Assembly (NCBI GenBank): GCA_965178125.1
Contig: OZ237752.1
Coordinates: 1-64,000 of the forward strand
DNA length: 64,000 nt
DNA from: Bilabrum cf. latius
Lineage: Eukaryota
Direction of reading: 5' to 3'
Shown here: positions 1 through 11,400 of the stretch, one piece after another
Numbering within the stretch: the stretch's first letter is position 1
Layout: each line of letters begins with the position of its first letter
Made by a program: the position numbers and the translations under genes
The notes under the pieces: generated by a model
What the model was told of the DNA's origin: nothing
Seen by the model: the letters and a program-made list of their open reading frames with translations, nothing else
The model's database searches: none

Positions 1-883
1 CCTAACCCTAACCCTAACCCTAACCCTAACCCTAACCCTAACCCTAACCCTAACCCTAACCCTAACCCTAACCCTAACCCTAACCCTAACCCTAACCCTA
101 ACCCTAACCCTAACCCTAACCCTAACCCTAACCCTAACCCTAACCCTAACCCTAACCCTAACCCTAACCCTAACCCTAACCCTAACCCTAACCCTAACCC
201 AACCCTAACCCTAACCCTAACCCTAACCCTAACCCTAACCCTAACCCTAACCCTAACCCTAACCCTAACCCTAACCCTAACCCTAACCCTAACCCTAACC
301 CTAACCCTAACCCTAACCCTAACCCTAACCCTAACCCTAACCCTAACCCTAACCCTAACCCTAACCCTAACCCTAACCCTAACCCTAACCCTAACCCTAA
401 CCCTAACCCTAACCCTAACCCTAACCCTAACCCTAACCCTAACCCTAACCCTAACCCTAACCCTAACCCTAACCCTAACCCTAACCCTAACCCTAACCCT
501 AACCCTAACCCTAACCCTAACCCTAACCCTAACCCTAACCCTAACCCTAACCCTAACCCTAACCCTAACCCTAACCCTAACCCTAACCCTAACCCTAACC
601 CTAACCCTAACCCTAACCCTAACCCTAACCCTAACCCTAACCCTAACCCTAACCCTAACCCTAACCCTAACCCTAACCCTAACCCTAACCCTAACCCTAA
701 CCCTAACCCTAACCCTAACCCTAACCCTAACCCTAACCCTAACCCTAACCCTAACCCTAACCCTAACCCTAACCCTAACCCTAACCCTAACCCTAACCCT
801 AACCCTAACCCTAACCCTAACCCTAACCCTAACCCTAACCCTAACCCTAACCTAAACCCTAAACCTAACCCTAACCTAAACCC
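1..883. repeat. Terminal telomeric tract (CCCTAA)n
   Basis: Near-perfect CCCTAA array from base 1, with one 1-nt slip near 200. Degenerate units (CCTAA, CCTAAA) at ~850-883. Confidence 0.98.
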
Positions 884-1696
884 TGTCCTGTAGTTGCCGA
901 GATCTCAATCCGCGAAAATTCAGCATGAAATCCTTCATCGGCTCGTATCGGCGCCGCGCGACATAAACGGAACCTGGGGAACATTTGGCCCATGTTGTGC
1001 CCCAAAGCCGTCCCAATGCAGTTTGAACGGTCTTCATATGTCCTGTAGTTGCCGAGATCTCAATCCGCGAAAATTCAGCATGAAATCCTTCATCGGCACG
1101 TATCGGCGCCGCGCGACATAAACGGAACCTGGGGAACATTTGGCCCATGTTGTGCCCCAAGGCCGTCCCAATGCAGTTTGAACGGTCTTCATATGTCCTG
1201 TAGTTGCCGAGATCTCAATCCGCGAAAATTCAGCATGAAATCCTTCATCGGCTCATATCGGCGCCGCGCGACATAAACGGAACCTGGGGAACATTTGGCC
1301 CATGTTGTGCCCCAAGGCCGTCCCAATGCAGTTTGAACGGTCTTCATATGTCCTGTAGTTGCCGAGATCTCAATCCGCGAAAATTCAGCATGAAATCCTT
1401 CATCGGCTCATATCGGCGCCGCGCGACATAAACGGAACCTGGGGAACATTTGGCCCATGTTGTGCCCCAAGGCCGTCCCAATGCAGTTTGAACGGTCTTC
1501 ATATGTCCTGTAGTTGCCGAGATCTCAATCCGCGAAAATTCAGCATGAAATCCTTCATCGGCTCATATCGGCGCCGCGCGACATAAACGGAACCTGGGGA
1601 ACATTTGGCCCATGTTGTGCCCCAAGGCCGTCCCAATGCAGTTTGAACGGTCTTCATATGTCCTGTAGTTGCCGAGATCTCAATCCGCGAAAATTC
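884..1696. repeat. 155-bp tandem satellite, about 5.25 copies
   Basis: The unit starting TGTCCTGTAGTTGCCGAGATCTC recurs at 884, 1039, 1194, 1349, 1504 and, partially, 1659. Copies 3-5 look identical; copies 1-2 differ at a few bases. Confidence 0.97.
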
Positions 1697-1756
1697 GACA
1701 AAAATTGAAGATGAAAATATTTTTTCCCCGACCCTGTCCCTGACTTTATAATAGAT

Positions 1757-2923
1757 ACCCTAACCCTAACCCTAACCCTAACCCTAACCCTAACCCTAAC
1801 CCTAACCCTAACCCTAACCCTAACCCTAACCCTAACCCTAACCCTAACCCTAACCCTAACCCTAACCCTAACCCTAACCCTAACCCTAACCCTAACCCTA
1901 ACCCTAACCCTAACCCTAACCCTAACCCTAACCCTAACCCTAACCCTAACCCTAACCCTAACCCTAACCCTAACCCTAACCCTAACCCTAACCCTAACCC
2001 TAACCCTAACCCTAACCCTAACCCTAACCCTAACCCTAACCCTAACCCTAACCCTAACCCTAACCCTAACCCTAACCCTAACCCTAACCCTAACCCTAAC
2101 CCTAACCCTAACCCTAACCCTAACCCTAACCCTAACCCTAACCCTAACCCTAACCCTAACCCTAACCCTAACCCTAACCCTAACCCTAACCCTAACCCTA
2201 ACCCTAACCCTAACCCTAACCCTAACCCTAACCCTAACCCTAACCCTAACCCTAACCCTAACCCTAACCCTAACCCTAACCCTAACCCTAACCCTAACCC
2301 TAACCCTAACCCTAACCCTAACCCTAACCCTAACCCTAACCCTAACCCTAACCCTAACCCTAACCCTAACCCTAACCCTAACCCTAACCCTAACCCTAAC
2401 CCTAACCCTAACCCTAACCCTAACCCTAACCCTAACCCTAACCCTAACCCTAACCCTAACCCTAACCCTAACCCTAACCCTAACCCTAACCCTAACCCTA
2501 ACCCTAACCCTAACCCTAACCCTAACCCTAACCCTAACCCTAACCCTAACCCTAACCCTAACCCTAACCCTAACCCTAACCCTAACCCTAACCCTAACCC
2601 TAACCCTAACCCTAACCCTAACCCTAACCCTAACCCTAACCCTAACCCTAACCCTAACCCTAACCCTAACCCTAACCCTAACCCTAACCCTAACCCTAAC
2701 CCTAACCCTAACCCTAACCCTAACCCTAACCCTAACCCTAACCCTAACCCTAACCCTAACCCTAACCCTAACCCTAACCCTAACCCTAACCCTAACCCTA
2801 ACCCTAACCCTAACCCTAACCCTAACCCTAACCCTAACCCTAACCCTAACCCTAACCCTAACCCTAACCCTAACCCTAACCCTAACCCTAACCCTAACCC
2901 TAACCCTAACCCCTTAACCCTAA
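1757..2923. repeat. Second, internal telomeric tract (CCCTAA)n, same orientation
   Basis: About 1.17 kb of CCCTAA with a sharp left edge and one variant unit near 2911. Confidence 0.98.
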
Positions 2924-3061
2924 GAGAGTGCCCTGGATGAGTCCATGAGGGGGGCAGGCTGGTCATGTGGTGGGTGTCGGGAGAGTGCCCTGGATGAGTC
3001 CATGAGGGGGGCAGGCTGGTCATGTGGTGGGTGTCGGGAGAGTGCCCTGGATGAGTCCATG
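2924..3061. repeat. 57-bp subtelomeric tandem repeat, about 2.4 copies
   Basis: GAGAGTGCCCTGGATGAGTCCATG recurs at 2924, 2981 and 3038. Confidence 0.93.
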
Positions 3062-3256
3062 CGAGTCGACTAGGTTTGTGGGGCCAGCGCATGTCTGCCA
3101 TTTCACGAGGCCACTGGTGACACAGCCCGCAACAACAAACTGTTGACTTTGTTGCTTCTCTTTCTCAATTGCCGAAATGCCCAAAATTCAAGTAGAATAC
3201 AGGAGGCTATGTGTTCACTCTAGCATTCTTTGCCATTTGAACCTGTTCATTGACGA

Positions 3257-5638
3257 ATGCAGTTGCTTGAAGAATCGCGACAGCAGCCGTGGCTGTAGCG
3301 ACTGGGTTTGTTGACCAAATCAGCTTCGTAGCAAGTATCCAACAGTGAAGTCACCATTCACGGCAGTATCAATGTGTGAGTGATAGCAAGCATTGCATAG
3401 CATCTCCGCCATGTACATAGCATCTCCGCCATGTACTGTATATATGCATCGATTGTGGCCTTTACAAGCCAGTTTTGAGCGGCTCCTTGCAGGTGGATCC
3501 GAACCATGAAATTCGCATGGCCCCGGCAGTTGCTGCTGGTCTTAACCGCCGTAGTCCTCACTCAATTGCTTTCACTTAAGAACCTGCTATCACCCATGCT
3601 TCTCGGCACGCTAATCGACGGCGTATCACACTCAGCAGAGGAGTTGGGGGGGTCCGACAACAGGGACACTTACGTGAATCCCAGCAGCGGCAGAGGAGCA
3701 GGATCCGTTAGTTCTACAGAGGATGCCAATGTGTAGGCACTAGAATCTAGTGGGGGATCTCTCAACTGGTTATCAAGCGCTGCACCGCATAATTTTGGGA
3801 CGTTGGGGCAGTCACTTTTGCTGCTGCTTGCAGTGGAGATTGGGGGGGCCCTTCTAAAGGGTCTTTAGGAGGTGGCTACAGCTGAGCTCGGCGACAGAGT
3901 CACCCGTGATACCAAGTAGAGATTCATGCAGAGCGTACTAGCGCAGGAGCAGGCCTTCTTCGACAACACGCACACCTCGGTGCTATCCCAGGCGTACGAC
4001 CAGCTTGGGCACGTGTACGCGATGGTGGGGCAGCTGCTGCCCGACGCGCTCCGGAACGTGCTACAAGTAGGTCTTGCGGCAGCATATCTGCTTCGATCCA
4101 GCCCCGCGACCTGCGGCGCGCTGGTTGCGCTGCTGCCCGTGGTGGCCCTGGTGGAGCGGGTGTGCGACCAGCTGGTGAACGAGGCCCGGCTGCAGCTGCA
4201 GGCGCTGGAACGGGAACAAGCCAAACACAGGGGAGAGAGCTTGCGGGCGGTCGGTGCGATCAAGGCGTGGTCCTGGGAGGACAGGAGGTGCGGCGAGTAT
4301 GACAAGCTACTGGAGGAGGACGCGAAGGTTCGCACGTGGCTGACCATGGTGAAGGGGCTGCGTGGGGGGGTCAATGCGCTGACCCTCGCACTGGCGTCCT
4401 CGATCACGTGGTACATGGGCCTGCAGGAGGTGCAGACGGGGGTGCGCACCATCGGGCAGCTGTCCGCCAGCGCGGTGATTGTGGAGAGGCTGCGCACAGG
4501 GCTCGCCACGATGCTCAAGCAGAGCAGGCAGTTCTTCGAACACACCAGGGATCTATCTCTGGCCTATCGCATCATCGACCGGGTGCCACGCATGCAGTTG
4601 AGGTAGCTAGAGGACTGCAGCAGCGAAGTGGCACGTAGGGGGTCTTCGGAGGAGACAAGGGGGGCAGGAGGGGGTTCAGCGGAGGAGACTCAGGGGGCAG
4701 GTGCGGGCAAGTCCAGTGGACACATGCAATCAACATTGAGAACACCTCGCCAACCAATCCGCGTGGTGTTTGAGGGGGTCAAATTCCGTTACATTGCTGA
4801 CAATAGCCTGGGAATCAAGGAGCCAAGGCGGGGCCAGGGCCCACAGGGAGCAGGGCAAAGGAAGCAGCATCAACACAGGCCCTCCTCTGCCTCATCAGAG
4901 GGCAAGGGGACTAGTGCGGAGGTCCTCCGCGGGCTGGATCTGGTGCTCGCGCCGGGCAAGGTGACTGCAGTGTGCGGGCCCAGCGGATCTGGCAAGAGCA
5001 CTCTTGCTGCCCTGGCTCTGCGGCTGCACGACCCGACCGAGGGGCGAGTGCTGCTGGATGGACGAGACTTGCGGACCGTAGATCCAAGTGCACTGCACGC
5101 TCGCACTGCAGTCGTGAGCCAGGACCCTGTTCTGTTCTCTGCGTCCATCCGAGAGAACATCACGTTCGGGTGCAGGAGGCGAGACACTGGCCCCGGGGGA
5201 GGGGCATCCTCGGTGGAATTCAGCCTGGAAGAAGTGCAGGAGGCAGCGCGGCTAGCGCACGCACACTCGTTCATTACCCAGAAAGAGGGTGGGTACGACG
5301 CGCAGGTGGGGGAGCGGGGCTCGCAGCTGTCTGGGGGCGAGCAGCAGAGGGTGGCCATTGCCCGGGCCATCTTGGCTGATCCGGATCTGCTCGTGCTGGA
5401 TGAAGCCACCAGCGCGCTGGACGCGGTCAGTGAGGGTTAGGTGCAGCAGGCTCTGGACCAGGTGATGCAGGGGCGCACCGTGCTAGTGATCGCGCACAGG
5501 CTCGCCACCATCCGGAAGGCCGATCATATCGCCGTGTTGCGAGATGGGGTCATCGCAGAGCAAGGCACGCATTCCGAATTAATGGGGGTGCAAGGTGGCC
5601 TGTACAATGATTTGGTTCGTCAACAGGATGAATCCTAA
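3257..5638 (+). CDS. ABCB-type half ABC transporter (TMD+NBD)
   Basis: Walker [11 protein letters not shown]-loop VSQDP, signature LSGGEQQR, Walker [13 protein letters not shown]-loop IAHRL. Likely intron 3376-3492; the 5' exon is less certain. One frame interrupted only by TAG (3296, 3329, 3734, 3866, 3917, 4604, 5438). Ends TAA. Confidence 0.9.
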
Positions 5639-6042
5639 CCCAGGGGGTCCCCAATTTCAACCGGACCGCGGCAAGGAAAATCTAGATTTGGGTACATATT
5701 AGCACGCAACAATTGACTTCGCGAGGTTTTTTACAGTCCTTGCAGCTGCATCTTACTAGGAAGGTACCCAGGTAAGAGACTGGGTGTTTACTTTACTATC
5801 CCTTTACTTCTTTGTGCGCTGGGAACGTTGAAACAATGCCGTCGTGGGTGTTTGCTGGCCATGTTGTTGTAGTCGTTGAGTCGTGGGTGGTTTGCTAGCG
5901 AGGCACTCAACGCACTGATCCCTGATTGCAAGTCTTTTCAGAAACGGTCCTTGAGTCTTATTGTAAATCTGGCACTCTGTGCGTTTGCGCTATTATTTCG
6001 TTCTAATCGGTTGGCTACATCGTGCTATCGCAGCGAACCGCC

Positions 6043-7442
6043 ATGATCCCTTTCAACAACAAGAAGCACTCAGACATTACAGTTGTGGTATCGTCTGGTG
6101 CCATAACTGGAGCTAAAGATGAAGGCACTGGGGCAGCATCGTCGGCTGCAGCAGGGTCAGAGGTTGAAGAGAAGACATTCTTCCTGCACAAGTTTCCTCT
6201 AATCAGCAAGAGCCACTACTTCCATGACCATATCCCCGAGACAGCTGCCGCGCAAGGAGCTATTGAAATGCGATTGGCTGACTTTCCTGGAGGTCCTCGT
6301 GCTTTTGAGACTGTCGCGCGTTATTGCTACAACATGGATATCGAGGTGACTGTGGAGGACGTGGCGCTCACGTACTGCGCTGCCAAGTACCTGCGGATCC
6401 CTGATTTGGAGAAGAGCACGGAAAAATTCATGGCTGAGGTTGTGCTTCCTGATCCCAGGAGGAGCGCCAAGGTGCTCCAGGTGGCCACGGGCCTCGAGAA
6501 CATGACGGATGACATGATGGAGGGCCTCATCGGACAGAGCATCAACGCGATTGCCGCTCGGTTCGAGGCACCCCTTGCCGTGAGAAGGAACAGGCCACCC
6601 ATGTTGGCCTGCTTTCTATTTCGCTTTCCCTTTCTTATCTCGTCTTTAGGTCTACCTATATGCACCCGCCACGCCCTAGCCATCCAACACCGCCAGCGTC
6701 TTCCGTCTGATCGCAGGAGCTCAACGCGCTGCCTGCAGATTGTTTCGCATGCGTGATTCGCACCGCGCAGTGAGTGGAGCATGCATGACCGTGCTTAACA
6801 CATTATCGTTGCTTGCATTAACCCGCATGCTGTCGTTGTGTGGGCCATACTCGAGTCGATTAGTCTGCAACCGAGCAGTTGCTTTGGCGCGAACACTCTG
6901 AGTGATTTTCGACCGCGGCATTCTACCTTTGTCCCCGCAGTCAGATGGAAACAGACAAGCGCCGCCTGGAGGCAGCCGTAGTGGCCTACCTGGACTCTAG
7001 AATTAAAGAGGACGCGGTGCAGCTGAGCGTCGACGAATTCGTGGATGTGGTATCTTCCTCGGGCCGCATGGAGGCGATGCGGCACTGCGAGGCCATATAC
7101 GCCTTCCTCGAGGTGATGCTCAAGACGTACACGGGCGACGAGGAGGCGGAGCAGCTGTGCCGGGCGCTGCACGACCAGGGGTTCTGGGTGTGCCTCCCGC
7201 ACGTGGTCATCGAGCGGGCCTACGGGGACCACAACATCCCGGACAGGTACTGTACGGTGGCGCTCATGGCGGAGAACAGGCACCTGCTCAAGGTGAACGA
7301 GCAGTTGACGGCGCAGGTGGAGCAGCTGACGGACGCGATCACCTCGTCGGCCGGTGCCAGCGCGGGGGTCGGTGGCATGGCGAGCATGGGCGCGTCTGGC
7401 AAGGCTGCAGCTGGAGCCACTGAGGGGGGCGCAGGCATGTGA
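6043..7442 (+). CDS. BTB/POZ protein resembling the NPH3-type BTB, with a C-terminal coiled coil
   Basis: SDITVVV...FFLHKFPLISKS...FPGGPRAFETVARYCY...VALTYCAAKYL. Introns 6580-6716 and 6770-6940 restore the frame. Ends TGA. Confidence 0.8.
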
Positions 7443-7727
7443 GGTGTCGGGCGTGATCACGACGTTGCCGGGTGCTGCCTTGCTACTGGCAGTGTTGTCA
7501 GCCTGCGCTCTCTGGTTGCCGCGACTGGTGTCTGCGGCTGTTGGGCCTGCACAACGAACTTGTTGAGTATCAAAGTTTCGATCGATCAATCCATCTCTTC
7601 AGAGTCCTTCTCAATTACTGTGGGGGTTCAAGTTTCCTGATCCGCTCCACTGTTTGTTCATCCTTTGCAATTCAAGTGTGCAGCGGCACCTCCACGGCAA
7701 GCCAACCAGCACTCTGCCTCTTACACC

Positions 7728-9066
7728 TCACGCCTCCTCATCGGGCACCACCTTGTTCCCCTGCCAGGTGTAAAACCCGCGCCCTGACTTGCGGCCCATG
7801 CGGCCCTGGCCTACCATGTCCCTCAGCAGGCCAGGCACGTGGAAGGCGGGCTCGTCGGGGAACTTCTCGGTCCACCCCTCGAGGATGGACAGGCACAGGT
7901 CCAGCCCCACGTAGTCGGCCAGCATGAGCGGACCCATGGGGTGCCCCGCCCCCAGCTTCATGCCCGCGTCGATGTCGTCTCTCGAGGCCACGTCTCGCTC
8001 CCGCATGGCAACTGCCTGGGCAAGGTAGGGCACCAGCAGGCGGTTCACCACGAAGCCGGGGGTGTCCCCGCACGTGATCGCGGTCTTGCCCAGGCCATCC
8101 CTGGCCAGAGCAGTGGCTCGATCCATGACCGCGTCGGTGGTGTCGGCCCCACGGACCACCTCCACAAGCTTCCTGCGATACACCACGGACCAGTCAGGTA
8201 CGAGGAAGATGACATACGCACACAGCTTGAGAAACAAACAAACGCATGCACAGCAATTGGACACCACCGCATGTATGCACGAAAGCCCGCGCGACTCGGA
8301 GGCTCACATCATTTGCACGGGGTTGAAGAAGTGCAGGCCCACCAGCCGGCTGGGGTCCTTTACGCTGGCTGAGATGTCAGACAGCAGGAGCGAGCTCGTG
8401 TTGGAGGCCAGGATCGCGTCAGGGGCGGCGATCTCCGAGAGCTGCTTGAAGATGCCTCGCTTCGCCTCAAGGTTCTCGGTGGCCGCCTCGATGATGACGT
8501 CACACTCCGCCAGTGCGTCCATCGAGGTTGACGTGGACAGACGGGACAGTGCATCATCTGCGCTTGCTCTGGCAGCCGATTGGGCCTCATCACCTCCTTT
8601 CTTTCCCGCTCTTCGCACTGCCTGGTCCATGGATCCCTTAATCATGCCCATTCCTCGTTCGACTGATTCATCGTTTATCTCGGTTGCAACGACTTCGTAT
8701 CCTCGCTCAGCAGCTACCTGTGCAACACCGTGTCCCATCAGGCCCAGTCCAACGACGCCAATCTGCGATCATACAGGACTAGTAGCGCAAACTGCCTTGG
8801 TGCAGGAGACGGACGACATAATCGCCGCAACACGGGAAGGCACAAAAATGAACACAAACACACAATGGTCGTCCAAGTCTCACCTTTTTCACACCAGTCT
8901 ACCCGTGGGTGGCGTCTGCTGGACTGCTGCAACTTGGTGAGGATGCGATTCCCATGCGTCCAATTGAGCTGAGGAGATGTGATCCAGTGCACTTCAACTT
9001 GCAGCGGGTCAAGTGTCCCGCTGCAAGTCTAAATCCTGACGACAGCGCCCGGTTCATCTGCATCAT
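7728..9066 (-). CDS. 3-hydroxyacyl/3-hydroxybutyryl-CoA dehydrogenase, probable mitochondrial presequence
   Basis: GVVGLGLMGHG Rossmann motif, ASNTSS, GLHFFNPV, DTPGFVVNRLL, GHPMGPL. Introns 8173-8307 and 8763-8883. In-frame TAG at 8899-8901. Ends TGA. Confidence 0.92.
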
Positions 9067-9303
9067 CAGTATCTTGCTAGAGTTGCCGTACCGGGCGATT
9101 TTTGTGCCGTTTCTGCACCTTACAATAGGTATAACCAGACTTGGCAATAACAAGAATAGATACAGCTCGACATCAAGATCTAAACGAGTAAGAATACTTT
9201 TGTTGCCATAATATCTGATTTCATGTTCATCTGCGCGCGTACATACAACCGAACTTCCTGTAACGTACCCTTGAGTCCTGATTTCCCGCCCGGCGTTCGC
9301 AGG

Positions 9304-11214
9304 ATGTATTCCCAGCAGCAATCTGCAGGTTGGCAGGCAGGTGGCGGCGCTGGGGGACACGGAGATGGAGCCAGCATGGGTGCTGGGGGTGCCTATGGAG
9401 GGCAGCGATAGTATGGTGGTGGGCAAGGAGGCCGCGGCCGTTCGAGCGGCCCCGGGAACCACAAGTCGTCCGTGATGGAGAGGTTCGTGCATGGACGGTA
9501 CGTAAGGCAAGATCGTGCAAGCAAGACGCAGTCTGCATAGGCTAGACGTATGGAGCGAGAGGAAGAGCGGAAGCGCGGCTTTTTCGTTGTATCAGCTCAT
9601 GACGACGCTGTCGCACATACAGGTAAGAAGGTTCACAGCCAGGTTCAAACTGTTTTCCGCAATCCATGGATGCTTATATCGCGTAATAATTGCATCACCT
9701 CGTTGCGCCGCCTTCTACTCGCAGCCGGCAATGCTGCCAGCTTCATGCTGGCAGGCCCTGCGTTCGGCGGGGAGGAGCCCAAGCCCGAGGACGTCCCGTG
9801 CGTGACCATCCAGGGGATGGGGCGGGCCGCCACACACGCCATCGCGGCGGCCGAAGCGGCGAAGCGCCTCGTGCGCGGGTCCCACTCGGTCACCACGGTG
9901 GGCAACAGCGTCCGGGAGCAGGTCTGGCTGCCCCTCGAGGAGGGCCTGGACAAGGTGGTCATCAAGCAGGACGTCGCTTGCGTCACCATCGTGCTCTCGT
10001 GCTCGCCACAGGCCCTGGCAGCCGCCGCCAAGGATGCGGGGGCTGTATACTTGGGCGCTGAGGACGCCTCTGACGTCCGCTCGCTGGTCGGCTACTCGGG
10101 CCCTCTGCCATCCGCGGAGGTGGCGGGGGGACCCCCGGGCCCCGAGGGGCTGGCCGCGATGGATATGGCCCTCCGGCAGGTGATCGAAATCATGCAGGTG
10201 GCAGACCCCATGCAGCCGGTGGACATGCCGCAGAGGGACAGCGGCAGGGGCCGAGGGAGAGGCGGGAGGGGCAGGGGCCGAGGCGGCCGGTTCGGGGGTG
10301 GCCGGGGCCGCGGGCGCGGGCGCGGAGGGTTCCACTCGGACTTTGGTGGGTTCATGGGCGGTTTCACGGCCGGTTACGGCGACCCGGGCTACCAGGCCAT
10401 GATGGCCGCAGCCCAGATGCAAGCGGCGCAGGGGGCTGGTGCGGGCGTGGCCCCTGGTAGCCCGTACATGGCGGGGGGAGCCCCTGGCCCCTGGGGAAGC
10501 GCACCCCCCGCGGGCGGTGCCCCGGGGGGTCCGGGTCCAGCCGCTCGGCAGTGGGGTTGGGCGGGGGCTCCGGGGGGTGCCCCTGGTCCCCAGGGTGGGG
10601 GTGTGCCCCCTGCCTCTGGCGGGATGGTGCCAGGGTCCGCAGCGCAGTGGGCGCAATACCAGCAGATACAGCAGCAGCAAGCGTACCAGCAGCAGCAGCA
10701 GCATGCCGCCTACATGCAGCAGTAGCAGCAGCAGGCTGCCGCTGCAGCCCAGCAGCAGCAGCAGTAGCAGCAGGGCGGTGCGGGCTTCCCGTCTGGGTAC
10801 GCTGCATCGGCCGCGGTCCCGGGAGCTGTCGCTGAAGGCGGCAAGCCCACGCCGGAGGCAGGTGCTGCAGGTGCGGCAGGGGCTGGGGCTGGCCCTGCTG
10901 GGGAGCGCATCGTGGATGTTGTAGACGCTTAGAACCAGAAGAACATGAGGCGCATCACTGCCCAGCGGTCGGCCTCTCTGGAGACGCTCTCGGCGAGGGC
11001 TTGCGCTGCCTACGGGGTGCCTGCGCTGGCACTCTACGGGGTGGAGCAGCCTCCCGGGGAGCAGGCGCGGCTGGTGGCGCTGGGCTCGGATGCGGCTCTG
11101 CAGCAGGCCTGGATGCAGGCGGAGGCGCGGGGCGGACCGCAAGCCAGTCTGGTCGTGTATGCGCAGGCGGTGCAGGCGCAGCCACAGCAGGCAGGAGAGG
11201 CAGGCGCCACGTGA
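9304..11214 (+). CDS. Alba (Rpp25-like) protein with RGG box, polyQ and a small C-terminal domain
   Basis: TIQGMGRA...AEAAKR...VWLPLEEGLD...VTIVLS resembles the Rpp25/Alba family, followed by RGG repeats. Probable intron 9623-9724. In-frame TAG at 9409, 9538, 10723, 10765 and 10930. Ends TGA. Confidence 0.8.
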
Positions 11215-11400
11215 GGCCAGACCAGGGTTCGCGGTCCCATGCATACATGCAGAACAATTGACAGCATCGTCCACGCGCGACCGAAGGTACACCACAAGTA
11301 CACAAAATGAATCGTACTGCAGCAACCTGCGCAACCTGCACACATGACACGCCCATGATTCAATGGCACCCCTACTGACGAATACAGAGCATCCATGTAC

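Noticed and set aside
884-1708. Repeated 75-aa ORFs, or a CRISPR-like array
   Set aside because: By-product of the 155-bp satellite; there are no unique spacers.
1746-3101. 451-aa (LG)n ORF
   Set aside because: This is a translation of telomeric repeats.
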